Source: Lingula anatina
Lineage: Eukaryota > Animalia > Brachiopoda
Reading direction: 5' to 3'
NCBI GenBank assembly: GCA_051362555.1
Contig: CM120648.1
Span: 17,852,587-17,916,586, forward strand
DNA length: 64,000 nucleotides
Part shown: positions 33,077 to 45,951 of the stretch, in pieces
Position numbering within the stretch: the stretch's first letter is position 1
Layout: every line of letters begins with the position of its first letter
The notes under the pieces: generated by a model
What the model was told of the DNA's origin: nothing
The model's database searches: none
Seen by the model: only the letters and a program-made list of their open reading frames with translations
Made by a program: the position numbers and the translations under genes

Positions 33077-36000
33077 CACACACTGGACAAAAGAAGTGTC
33101 ACCCCTACTGAGCCAATACTATGGGGGAGATAAATGACTGTGGAATGATATGCTCCTGGTATCATTTTATTAACATCAAATTTCACAAAAAAATCACAAA
33201 ATGAGAACAAAATATACATTCTACCAAAATATGTAGTTTCAAGTCTAAAATTAGTACTTAGTGGCATAGCCACGTGACCTAATAATAGGTGCCAGTGTAC
33301 GAAGCAAGGGTTCATTTAATTGTCTGATGCGTTCAGGGCTTATGCTGGCCCAAGCATGAAACACTGAATATATAGTAGGCTTGTTAAGAACCAAAAAATG
33401 GCCAAACGCTGCATTTTGTAGTACAAATGTCTAACTTGGCATAAATGTTCCTTGGGCCAAAAGAAAATTTTTTATCCAAAGAGACGCCCTCTATCGATAC
33501 ATTAATTAGCATAAATTATGCAAATTATGTGCCAAAATATATAATATTTCATATTTCCATTAATTTTTGGCCTAGAAACATGTATAGATTATCAAACCTG
33601 ACTAAATTAGGGACAAGGAACCCATTTTTGATCATTTGGAAGCAATTGATGGCCATTTTGTGCCTCAAATCCAAGATGGCCGCCACCCGCCATTTTGAAA
33701 GTGGACATAATTTTGCTATTTTATGTTGAATTTTGAAGCGTTTGGTCTATATATACTTGATATATATATCGATTCCTACTATTTTGGGGGTGAAAAAGTC
33801 ATTTTTGATATTGTTTTGGTGATAGTAGGTGATTTGAAGGGATAAAGAGGGTGTTTTAAGTGCCTACCAAGATATGTGTGAACGCTGCAAAACCATGGAT
33901 GTTGATAACCCGTATTCAAATACATCTCAATGCGATTTTTTGTTATATACCATCGCTACTGGACTATATTATGAGCAAAAAAAAAACAATTTTTTATCAT
34001 TATGGAGGCTATTGGTGGCCGTTTTATCCCTCAAATCCAAGATGGCCGCCAAAAACCATTTTGAACTTGAGCATAATTCGCTATTTTGAAACTATATGTA
34101 TTACATCTTTGTAAATGAGTAATACGTAGTTTTATATTATTTTCTGGTGCAGAATACATTATCTGTTTCATAAAATGTGAGTACAAACTATTTTATTCTC
34201 CAAAACGAATATGCATGTAGGCTTATGTCAGTCAAATAGACTTACATGTGCCATGTAGTCTAATTAGTACAAAATGTTTTATAAAATCATAAAGAGCTTG
34301 AAACAAGTGTAAGAGACCAAAATGGCTTAATTAAAGGTAAAGAACAATTACTTGGTGCTTTGGAGACAATTGGAAGCCATTTTGATCCTCAAATCCAAAA
34401 TGGCCGCCAGTCACAATTTTGAAATACGGATAAGGCATAACTCATCAATTTGAAGCTATTGCTCTTACACTAGCATGTTATACATCGTTTCTTATCATTT
34501 GGGTTGTAGAAGTCATGTGTCTTATCTCTTCTGAGATATAATACAAAAAGAAAATATTAAAAGGCTCCAACACCAATACAGGCTTTCGTCTTCACCTTCG
34601 CTTGTATACGTCTTAAAGTCAAATTTGTTCAAAAATATGTTATATAACAATTTTAAAAAGGTTTTGCCGGACATAGATTAAGTGCAAGAGACCAGCACAG
34701 TGGATTCAACTTTATGGTGACTACTTTTAGCTATTCTGTTGTTCATATCCAGGAGCCTGTCTCTATTTTAAAATTATGGCATAATTTACCTTTTTTGAGC
34801 TGTTGGACTTACATGTGTTCGTAATACATCAATATTTACTATTTTGGAAGTACATAATTAATTTCTGGTGTTACTCTGGTGACAGAGGATAATAAAAAAG
34901 GCATAAGGTGTTTTAAGATGATTCCAAGATGAATATTCCTGTAGTTGTCATATACTGTAGATGTTTTGTGCTTGTTCGTCCATTGGAAACAATGAGAACT
35001 ATGTAGTCGCCTTATGGATTTCTATTGGTAGTGAGATGACTTGTCTGGCCAAATCATGCTAGGAATGATCACTGGCACTGTCAACTAGGAAAAGAGGCTG
35101 CTTCCTCGACTTCTTTGCTTTATCCCTCTTACCTTCCTGCGCAGCTGCTGCTTTCTAGTTGGTTTTGCAGATTCGTTCTTTTGTGTAAAGATACCACTTT
35201 CCTCTGATGCGACATGTTCTCATGCATTAATGTTTCTCTGGAAACTGGATTCTAATATATATTGTTTGGCTGTTTCTCATAGGATACTGACAAAACCTCA
35301 ATTCTTACTAGCTGTTGTCTTATTGGCCTACCAGAGCTGATCATGCATGTTTATTTTTGCTGTGCTGCTGGATGATTTTGCAGACAAGATCTAGAGCTAT
35401 TTCAAAGCAAAGTCCATTTGCTTGTCTTTCACGGACATTTACGCATCAACACAACTAACCAACTTCCATAGTATTATAAGATGACACATTTTTCACCCTT
35501 CAAATCTTCTGGGCTATATTTAACGTGCGAATGCAAGCCCCAGTGACTGGGACATAAATGTGCAAGTGGCTTTTTGGTTCACATTGACCAGTAAAAGATT
35601 AATAATATAATACCACTATGTATATATATTTATTGCTTTCCTTTGAGTATTCAGTATCTTTTAGTGGATGGTCACTTAAGATAAATCTAGATGATATATT
35701 TGAGCATGTGGTTTGGGTTCCACATTTTTGTAACAGACTCAACAAAACTCATCTTGGAATTTATTTTACAACCTTATATTACCTTTTTATTATCTTCTGT
35801 CACCAAATTAGCACTGGAAAATTACTTTTGAGCCCCAAGAATAGTGCCATTTTACCTAATACAAGCGAATGAGGGTCCCACAGTTCAAAGATTATAAATA
35901 ACACCAAATTATTAAAATAGCGGCAAGCAACCATCACTTGGTTTTGATCAAAATAATGGCTAACAATTTTCCTCATGCGGTCAAAGATGTATTCTTTTGC

Positions 36001-38162
36001 TTTAATTCAGCCATTCTGTTTGCTGACACTTGATTTATAGATCGGCAAAAGCATTTTTGTACTAATTGGATTACTCATTGTACATATAAACTGCAGGTCC
36101 ATGTAGCAACTGAATCCTATATTTATTTGGAGGCTTATAGAAGTTTCTATTTACATTTTATGAAACCGAAAATGCATTCTGCTCCAGGAAATAATCAAAA
36201 ATGACGTATGGCACGCTTATGAAGGTGTGATAGTTTCAAAATGGTGAATAATGTTCAATTTGAAAATAGCGTATGAGGGCCATCTTGGATTTGAGGCACA
36301 AATTTTAAGAAACAAATAATGTATTCTGCACCAGAAAATAATATAAAACGACGTATTACTCATCTACAAAGATGTAGTACATGTAGTTTCAAAATAGCGA
36401 ATTATGCTCATGTTCAAAATGGTTTTGGCGGCCATCTTGGATTTGAGGGATAAAACGGCCACCAATGGCCTCCACAATGGTAAAAGTGTGGGTTTTTTTT
36501 TGCTCATAATATAGTCCAATAGCAATGGTATATAACAAAAAATTGCATTGAGATATATTTGAATACGGGTTATCAACATCCATGGTTTTGCAGTGTTCAC
36601 ACATATGTGGTAGGCACTTAAAACACCCTCTTTGTCCATTCAAATCACCTACTATCACCAAAACAATATCAAAAATGACTTTTTCACACCCAAAATAGTA
36701 GGAATCGATATTTATATCAAATATATATAGACCAAACGCTTCAAAATTCAACATAAAATAGCAAAATTATGTCCACTTTCAAAATGGCGGGTGGCGGCCA
36801 TCTTGGATTTGAGGCACAAAATGGCCACCAATTGCTTCCAAATGATCAAAAATGGGTTCCTTGTCCCTAATTTAGTCAGGTTTGATAATCTATAAATGTT
36901 TCTAGGCCAAAAATTAATGGAAATATGAAATATTATATATTTTGGAACCTAATTTGCATAATTAATGCTAATTAATGTATCGATAGAGGGCGTCTCTTTG
37001 GATAAAAAATTTTCTTTTGGCCCAAGGAACATTTATGCCAAGTTAGACATTTGTACTATAAAATGCAGCGTTTGACCTCTTAACAAGCCTACTAATAACA
37101 GAGTTTCTCTGCTGGTTAGACGGGCATTTGTCAAAAGTTTTGACATATCATTCCACACATTTTCTATTATGTTTGTATCCGGACTCTGGGCAGGTCACAT
37201 CACCGTGCGAATGTCCTGTTGGTCAAAGCAATCATCAACTGCTCTGGGCCTGTGACAAGGAGCATTGTCATCCTGGTGAACAGATGAATAATTCCTTTCA
37301 CCAAACATGTTAGTAATAGATGGTAGCAAGCCTGACTCCAAAACATCGATAACCACTATCAATTCGCCCAAGCCATGGATGCTGATGCAGCCCCACACCA
37401 TGATGAATGTGCTGCTCCGGGTTCGAAAATTCAGTGCATGTGGTTCAAATGCTTTACCAGCAGTTTGCCAGCATAGTACCCGTCTGTCATCAGAGGTCAG
37501 ACCAAAGCGACACTCATCAGAAAAAAATATATGGGACCAATTGTCATGAACTGTCCAGTTCCAGATCCTGTTGACCCTAATTTACTCTATGTTGCCTGTT
37601 TTGTAACGATATAAGAGGTTTCAGTCTTGCTACCCTGCTGTACACTCTCTGAGCATGTAACCGACGCCTAGCAATTTTCACAGACACATTCTTATGTGTG
37701 AAATTGTTCCACTGTGTTGTCAACTGACAAGCAGTGTCGAACTTTGACAACCTGGACATCAAAATCAGTCGTCGGTCTTCACGGCCAGTATTTTTTCTTG
37801 GACGACCCATCAGAGGCAATTTGTCTCTTGATCCAGTGTTTCTATACCGAGACCAGACCCTCTGCACGGTTCTGACTGAACAATTCAATTGTATCGATAT
37901 TCTGACATTGCTTATATTCCGCCTCTTCAGGTTAATAACTTGCACCTATAACCGTTAGATAATTGCCTGTATCTTGCCATACTGGAGGAAGACAGGAATA
38001 ACATTTGCTGCACATGTACAAGACCAACAATACAATTCCATGGTATAGCGGTTTTATACTCATTAGTCACATTATAAGTAGACCAGGCTTTATAAGTACC
38101 CAAGATCTGCCTACTTTCATTACTCTGAGTTAGGGGGTGACACTTCTATTGTCCAGTGTGTG
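33077..38162 (-). mobile_element. Second Tc1 copy (inverted), inserted in element A and split by element B
   Basis: Same TIRs as 29468-30802; TA TSD (33075-6, 38163-4). 3' part 33077-33372, 5' part 37098-38162 with transposase fragments (ORFs 37577-37945 and 37195-37401). Confidence 0.93.
33373..37094. mobile_element. Academ-like element B with ~800-bp TIRs, inserted in Tc1 copy 2
   Basis: Ends TAGTAGGCTTGTTAAGA / TCTTAACAAGCCTACTA; 3-bp TSD ATA (33370-2, 37095-7); 33373-~34180 mirrors ~36301-37094; no intact internal ORF. Confidence 0.82.
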
Positions 38163-39199
38163 TACAACTACACATCCATGGTTTTTCATCTACTACCAGG
38201 GTGAAATTGTGTTTGCTTATCAAGTTTTGCCCATCCGTATTAGTCCTATGATATATATCTGGTGGGTAAATAGTGTGCATCCTTGGATATTCTGAGAAAA
38301 TCCAAGAAAGCTACAATTTGGCATAGGAATACTAATGGGTGGGTTTCAATTGCTGCAAGAGAGGCATATGGTTCATTATACAATTACATTACCATGGGTT
38401 TGTTTTAAAAATAATTAATGTTTTTCATTCCATTTATAATTACCCCTATGATGTATACCTGGTCTGTAGCACGTGTGTATCTTTGGGTATTCTGAAAAAA
38501 ATTCAAGATGTCTGCCTTTTGTCATTAGAATATTCGTACACATAATCAAATAATTCCAGAGATACACCGAGTACAATTTAAATGTAGTTAACTTTAGATC
38601 GTTTTAAAATGTTTTTCATATCATATTTATCCTTATGAAAGCTTCATTGTGTGTAGAAAGTGTATGCATCCTTGAGTACTATTCGGAGAAAACCCAAGAT
38701 AGCTGCCAGTTGTCATAGGAATATATCATTCAAATGCACATAGGTGTCAATTCATGGAATAGTTCAGACATTGATTCCAACATGAAATAAAGCTGTTTGA
38801 TATTCAGACATGTTCACATCCTTATTAACCCTACTCTATATAAATCTGATGTGTAGCAAGTGTGCATCTTGCATATTTGAGAAAATTAAAGATTGCTGCA
38901 ATTCACAATAGGAGTAGCACAGTCAACTACTGCCAGAGAGACAGGGTTCAATATAAAATTAATTTTGTTTCTCGGTATTTCCCACATTCTTTTTGGACTT
39001 TGAGATATCTATCTGGTGGGTTACAAGTGTGTACCCTATTTTGACAAAATGCCATGATTACCCTCATTTGCCTTAGAAGTGCCTATAAAATCCAATGCAA
39101 CAGTTTTCCAATGAGGAAAAGAAGAAAGAAGGCCATCTTGGATTTCCCCAAAATGATCAAATATGGACATTAATTACCTAACAGATTTGTATCATGTGA

Positions 39200-39224
39200 T
39201 AATAATAATAATAATAATAATAAC

Positions 39225-39268
<44 letters not shown>
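39200..39268. repeat. (AAT)n microsatellite
   Basis: Seen directly. Confidence 0.9.
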
Positions 39269-39269
<1 letters not shown>

Positions 39270-41475
39270 CTAACAGAAAAACAACTGAATTTAGCTTCAT
39301 TTTATATCTCGCAGGTATTAACTGAAACCCACCTTATATGGCTAATGGCAGCCATTTTGTTTTGTGTTGTTTTATAAAAGAATACACATAACATATTAAT
39401 CCACATATATATTATGTGGATTAAAAAGATGTGGAAAATACTCAGAAACAAACCTAATTTATCAATTAATATTTTATATCCATGGCAGAAGAAGCCCTAT
39501 GTGTATACTAGACTAGTATTCCTTTGATATGGCGGCCATCTTGGATTTTTCTCGAAATGCTTGAGAATTAAGGTTAGTTACTCACCACAAATATATTATT
39601 TGTGTAATAAGGCACTCAGAAAGAAAATTAATTAGATAGTGGGCAATGCATCTTCATAGTTGGCATTAGTTGAAAACCCTTGTACATGTTCTAGTATTCC
39701 TATGCCATACGGCGGCCATCTTGGATTTTTCAAAAAGTCCAAGGACACACGTTTGTTATCTGACATATATGCATTATATGGGTAATAAGGATGTGGAAAA
39801 CATTGAGAAAATACTTTATTTGATAAAAATCAACATAGAAATATATATATTTCTACAGAATTTCACAAATTGGCGGCCATTTTGGATTTTTTGGCCATAC
39901 GGTAATTTTTTCCATGGGCTACGGCTCTAATTTGATTAAGTATGTCAAAAGGCACCCACATGCAAATTTTGGTGCTTTTATCCGCCGTGTCACGATTTGG
40001 CCATTTTTTTTGCCTTAAGCCACTGGACTATTCCTGCCACACCACTAACCCTCGCTTACTTAACGCAAACGGGAGGAATCATAACAGTGACATGCCTTTT
40101 CTTGCAGCCATGTGTCGAGGGATGATTCAATTTTACCTCGTTTATTTTGTCCTCTTGGTATCAATGTAAGCTATTTGCTACGCTGTCATTGCAGCCCCCG
40201 TGCGTATTTGATCACTCGCGTGTCAATAACAAGGAGACGCATATCTTCAAACTCACAAGTGTTCTATACATTTTACTAGCACCATTCTTCTCAAAACCAA
40301 CAAAGAGGGGAGGGAAAGGAAAGTAAATAACAGCAGGAATAGGTTCATCTGGACGGCTCAGTGGGGGGAGGAGGGGGAGGGGGAGGGGGGGTCCACTGAG
40401 GCGGTGAAGGTGAATGTCAACACTCAAACCGAGGGATCTGTGAAGTACATTTTAATTGAACATTGAATGCTCATTATCATTATTAATTAATTAATTAATT
40501 AATTAATTAATTAATTAAATAGAGATTGATGGAATCATAACAAGTTAACTCTACATACATGTGTGGCTGAAAACAATTAACGCCAAAGATAATCCCCAAA
40601 AGCAGGCGGTCTCTGGGATACTCCTCCTTTCAGCTGAACACCTTAATTACAAAGCAGCAATACACATTTTCTTCAAAACACTGAAAAGATCTAGTGATAA
40701 ATAACCTAAAACTATTATCATTCTCCCTAGTCACAAGATATGATATTTGTCAATTAACTCTACGTATTAATTTTATCTTTTTATACTGACTTTTGCCATA
40801 CAGTTGGCACTGATGGTGTCCAGTACAGAACACCACATTTTATATTGTCGCTTCACATAAAACCTGGCAAAAACCACCGTGCCTGTCCTCTACTCGGTCT
40901 AGCCAGTACGTATATATCATTCATAATTTTTACAAGTCTCATTAGTATCGATGTTAATTTATAACATGAAACCGAGGAGAAGCCGTAATAATTAAATTAT
41001 TCAAAAATGGAGGTAATTTCCACGTCTCTCATCGACATGATGTTTTATCATGCTTTATCTTTTGTATTCTATCTATATATATATATATATGGTCACTGGA
41101 GCGATAAAACACCAATGGACGCGGTTGTTGCTTTTGACGTATCATTTGCTAATGATTTATCTAGCTATGTACGTTTCAACGACAGATTAAGTGAGATCTG
41201 TACTGTTGGATTGATCCATGTCGAGAAAAATAGACGATTAATTGCTGATTAATTATTTAAAGCAACAGAAAAATGTACGCTTCCCCATTCAAAATAGACC
41301 GTCAACCTCGTCCATTATTACAACTGAATTTCTAAAGACCAGGGCGCCTTATGTGCCATACATCTTGAACACCATATACAGATACAGGGTACAGTAGGAT
41401 GTCAGTGAGGCAAAGGGTATGTGACTATCGTCACTCTCCGCAGTGAGAGTCGATTTGTAGTTATTGTTATCTCAT

Positions 41476-41511
<36 letters not shown>

Positions 41512-42008
41512 AAAGGGCAATGTAAATCGCAAAATCATATGTGTTTCTGTTACCAGTTACAAGGAATTTCTCATCGCAAGTGTCAGATCGGTTTTTCCTC
41601 ACAAGGTCCAAATATGTACGGAGTTATTTTTGTGTTGTGAAGCTAATTGTACCTAATACTTTTAAACTGTGGAACCCGTGACCAAAGTCAAGAGTACCTT
41701 GGTTTTTGATGAAGTAAGTAAATCCTATTATTAAGGAACAGGTTTTTATTTTCATGAACACATGAATGAAAATATCACCAAATAATACTGTAGAGGACAT
41801 GAAACTTATAAATAGTTAATTTTCATTTTTGATAAAAACGTCAACCGATACGTTCTACTGCATATCGCAATATTTGTAATATGGAAAAATATTTTTTGTG
41901 GCTATGTAAGCAGTCCATTAGCATTTTTGTAAAAGCCATTTGAAAACTTGACTTGTTTAAAGACAAATACATGTCTGTATATAGGGCAAAATAATGGCCA
42001 AATAACTA

Positions 42009-42358
42009 CACGACGGATAAAACACCAAATTTTGCATGTGAAAAACTCTGTGCATGTATAATAACGATGTGGAAAACTCTGAGAAAATACTTTATTTGAT
42101 AAAAATCAACATAGGTATGTATATATTTCTATAGAATTCCATAAATTGGCGGCCATTTTGGATTTTTTGACCAAACGGTAAATTGTTTCAGAGGGCTACG
42201 GCTCTAATTTGATTTAGAATGTCAAAAGGTAACTACATGCCAAATTTGGTTACACGGCGGATAAAAGCACCAAATTTTGCATGTGGTTACCTTTTGACAT
42301 ACTAAATCGTTCTAGAGCCGTAGCCCTCTGAAAAATTTTACCGTTTGGTAAAAAAATC
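42009..42358. mobile_element. Rearranged fragments of element A TIRs, joined end to end
   Basis: 42066-42250 matches the right TIR of A (about 39790-39973); 42252-42358 and 42009-42040 match the left TIR (from about 32200). Confidence 0.75.
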
Positions 42359-42368
42359 ACGGTACTAT

Positions 42369-45300
42369 TAGTCTGGATGACTGGATGACTGCTATATATT
42401 GTCCAAATTGCTGGGAATGTGGAAAAGCATAAAACTTGGCAGAAATTTTCTTTGGACTTTGCTGTTCATTTTCAAGGGTAGTACCAGCAGTTTCAAAGCG
42501 TTGCTTAGCAACCGTTGCTATGGAGGTGAACTGCCTTAGTAACAAGCTAATTAGACCCTTCTTGTCCAGTTTAAATGATTTAGAAATGCTAAATAATACG
42601 GTTTGAGTGCATCAAAACTATCACTAGTCTATTTTAAGGCCATTAAAACCTAAATTAACCTTAGTCTCAGTTGCTAGGCAACACATTCCCCTAGTAACAA
42701 GCATTTAAAGTTGCGTTAGTCTATTAAATAAAGCAATTAAATAAGGCAAATCTATGAAAGTGGCTAGGAACTATACATTTGAGCAAGATGTTTACTCTTT
42801 TATTCCAGTAAGTTATTCCAGTAAGTTAAAACAAGTTTACACCCATCCGATCAAAAACATTGCCGCTTTATAAAACTTTATAAAACTTTGCAATAGTTTA
42901 GGCGTTTAAATCTCCCTTGCATGTGCAAATATAGTGCATCTTAAGTGCCCTTGCACATTGTCAGTCTCTACATCTGCTCCTACATGTACACTTCAGCAAC
43001 TCTGGACAGAACATTAGCTTCGGTCAAATGTGTCCACAAGGGTCCATGTTCCGCACAAGTCCAACCAGAGTGATTAGATGGTTTCTGGCGAAATGGCATC
43101 GTAGTGCTGGCTCAGATATGTTCATCTCGCAAGACTACTCTTCTTTTATCTTGCTGTAGAACAGCCTTGGTGGAAGGACGATATGGCATCTAACGGCCTT
43201 TGTGTGTGAACAAAAACTTTTGAACTTCATTAATTAACAAAAATAATTAAAATGGAACCATGAAGGTTTATTTTAAGTTGCTTGGTAGAGAATAAAAATT
43301 GATAAAAAACAATGTGAAAAAACTTTTAAGAAAATATTGAAAAAAAAAGAAAAATATCTTGGAAATCTGGTCTTTGAGAAACATTTCAATAATAGGAAAG
43401 TGGTTAAACAGTGGTTAAACTTCAAGTATTTCTCATCTTAGTGCATATATAAACTACCCTGCCAGCCCCTCCCTCCCTTTATACTTAAAACTATGCATAT
43501 AATATTTAATGGGAAAAGAAAAAATAAATAAAATGAGCAAGGATTACAAAAAAAAAAAAAAAAAAATGAAGAGTAAAAGGTACTGCAAATAAAATTTTCA
43601 CCAAGGCCCTAAAATGTCCATGGCTTTTTTTCGGTGAGCTGTCAGGAATCGGGAGTAACGAAAGGTGGATTAAAAACACTAAAAGCAACTTCTAATTCCT
43701 TTTGGCAAAACATTATGGGTTCTTTGAGTGAAATTCAGGAAATTTTATCACAACCATTATGTCAAAACTCAAAAATTGAAAGAAATGGAAAAACTATTTT
43801 ACATCAATGATGCTATAAATTACATTTGAAATTTCCTTCTCTAGAAGAACTCAACAAAAAATTCAACCTTAACACTAACTTTCTGGACTAATTCAGTATC
43901 CATGGAAGGAAATTACACATAGCATCCCATGAAATAATTGACTCCATTAAACAAGTTACCAAACCATCCAGATAATTTTTTTTTCACACACACACAAAAA
44001 AAAAAAAAAAATAAATAAATAAATAAATAGATAAATAAATAAATAAAATACAGATAAAGGTGTAAATATGAATGTCACACAAATATTAAAAAACCTTGAG
44101 TACTGATAATTAGCAACTAACATTTAAGAAACAGATTACGCGAAACTGAAGATGCTCCAATTCGGAATAAATCATAGATTATTCTATACTTATGCTTATC
44201 TTGTGAATTTGTGAATTTTGCAATAATGCTAGGGGACATATTCTGAACATTTTTTGGGGATTGCCCACATGTACAAAATGTTTGGACGTGCATCATTTGC
44301 CCCGCACAATATTATTTACAGGTAGGTGTGGCATTTGATGGATCTCTGGAGATTTTTGTACTTGGGCTTGTGCAATATTTATGTACCTATCTTTATAACT
44401 AAGAAATATGTAAGTATATGTAGAATGGGGAAAAAAAAAAAAGGGGGAAGGAACTGGAGGATATGTTAAATTCTACAGAAATATCTGTATATGTTCTTTT
44501 AATGTATTCAGAAAAAAAAAAAACAATATGTATTATTAGATACTTGTTGCTAGGGTAATATGCTACCTAGCAACTGTTGCAATGGCTTATTTGGGCTTTT
44601 AATGGCTTAAATAGTAAAGTGCTAGTTCTGATGGCCTGAAACCTTATTAAAAGCCTTTCTAAATCAATTAAACTGGACAAGAAAGGCCAACCCAGCGGGT
44701 AAATTATTGAAACAACGTTGAACCATAACATTGAGAAGACATTGGATAAACATTGGATTTGAAAGTTGTGTCAACCTCAGATAACAACGTTGTATCAACG
44801 TCAGAAAACAATGTTATATCAATTCCACCCAGCGGGACATTATGTTGTTTCAACGTTGAAACAATGTTGAGCTTCAACGTTGACAAGACGTTGGATTAAC
44901 AGTGGATTTGAAAATTAGATCAACGTCAGATAACAATGTATCAACCCCAGTTGTTGGACAACATTCTTGCATAAAAATACATTAAAATGACCTGAAATAT
45001 TTTTTTTTTTTATTTTTGGTACAAAACACAGGTACACAATTATAACGTACACTGTAAAAATATCCAAGTGCCTGCTTTGTCTGATTTTTTCAACACATTA
45101 AGCTCCTAAGCATGTTTTGCACCTTAGCATGGTACACCCTTTTAGCCTGGATGTGTTTAGCAGTAGGACATGTTTGATGGCTAAATATATGTAGGGTATA
45201 AATGTATGGCCTTTATGTTAAAATTTCCAAGGTTTAGATTAATATATATATATTAATATTAATAAATATAATGGAATATATTTCTGAATAACAAGTTAAG

Positions 45301-45789
45301 AAAATTCACTAGTTCACTTAAGACACAAAACAACTGTCACTTTTACTTTAAAACCCTTTTGTTATTATTTTGATAAATTTAGTTACAGTATTGATAAACA
45401 AAGTAACACGTTTTCAATAATAAATATTTTAAATTACAATCCATAACTGCAAGGTTGTGTCAATGACCAAAATACAACGTTGAGTCAGCGTCACATTATG
45501 ACGGTGTTTCGACGTGGCTGGATCAACGTTGATTTTACGTTGAATTTAGGTAGAGCAACGACAATTCAACGTATCAACCTGTTTTCAACGTTGATCCCAC
45601 GCGAATATGCCTGCTGGGCAATTAACTTGTTACTAAGGTAAATCACTTCCCTAGCAACGGTTGCTAAGCAACACTTTGAAAATTTTGGGCACTACCCTTG
45701 AAAATGATCAGCACTGTCCGAGGAAAATTTGGGAAAGTTTCATGCTTTTTCCACCTTCTGAGCAATTTTTGCACAAATCATTTAGATTA
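42369..45789. mobile_element. Older Academ-like long-TIR element C
   Basis: Starts TAGTCTGGATGA, ends TCATTTAGATTA (degenerate). ~330-bp TIR with TTGCTTAGCAACCGTTGCTA / TAGCAACGGTTGCTAAGCAA. The right TIR (about 44540-45789) is interrupted at 44691-45618. TSD not preserved. Confidence 0.65.
44691..45618. mobile_element. Non-autonomous CCC-ended TIR element (EnSpm/CMC-like) inserted in the right TIR of element C
   Basis: Ends CCCAGCGGG / CCTGCTGGG; CAA duplicated on both sides; many subterminal CAACGTTG-type motifs. Removing it restores the match to the left TIR of C. Confidence 0.75.
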
Positions 45790-45951
45790 GTTAAAATATA
45801 AGGACCCTCAGGCGACATTTATATCCAAACATGATTCAGTTCTGATTGGGTGAGGAAATAAGGCGAAAAGGGTTATATGATGTTTCACCCCTCCGTGGTT
45901 TCAAACTGGCCCTCTTCGCGAAAAGTTTGAGTTTGATTTGAAACTTAACAA

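Larger units (their letters stand above)
32171..40030. mobile_element. Academ-like long-TIR DNA transposon (outer element A, non-autonomous)
   Basis: Ends TAGTCCGGTGGCTTAAGG / CCTTAAGCCACTGGACTA; 3-bp TSD TTC on both sides; several hundred bp of imperfect TIR (about 32171-32900 versus 39330-40030) with repeated AAATCCAAGATGGCCGCC. Superfamily inferred from TAG...CTA ends, 3-bp TSD and long TIRs. Confidence 0.78.

Noticed and set aside
34900-35900. Transposase remnant in the interior of element B
   Set aside because: No open frame or recognisable motif by eye; needs a translated homology search.
40092-40165. Possible signal-peptide exon (MPFLAAMCRGMIQFYLVYFVLLVS, then GTAAGC) for the mucin gene
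   Set aside because: It ends in phase 2 and I found no compatible exon linking it to the phase-1 WSC exon; unsupported without transcripts.
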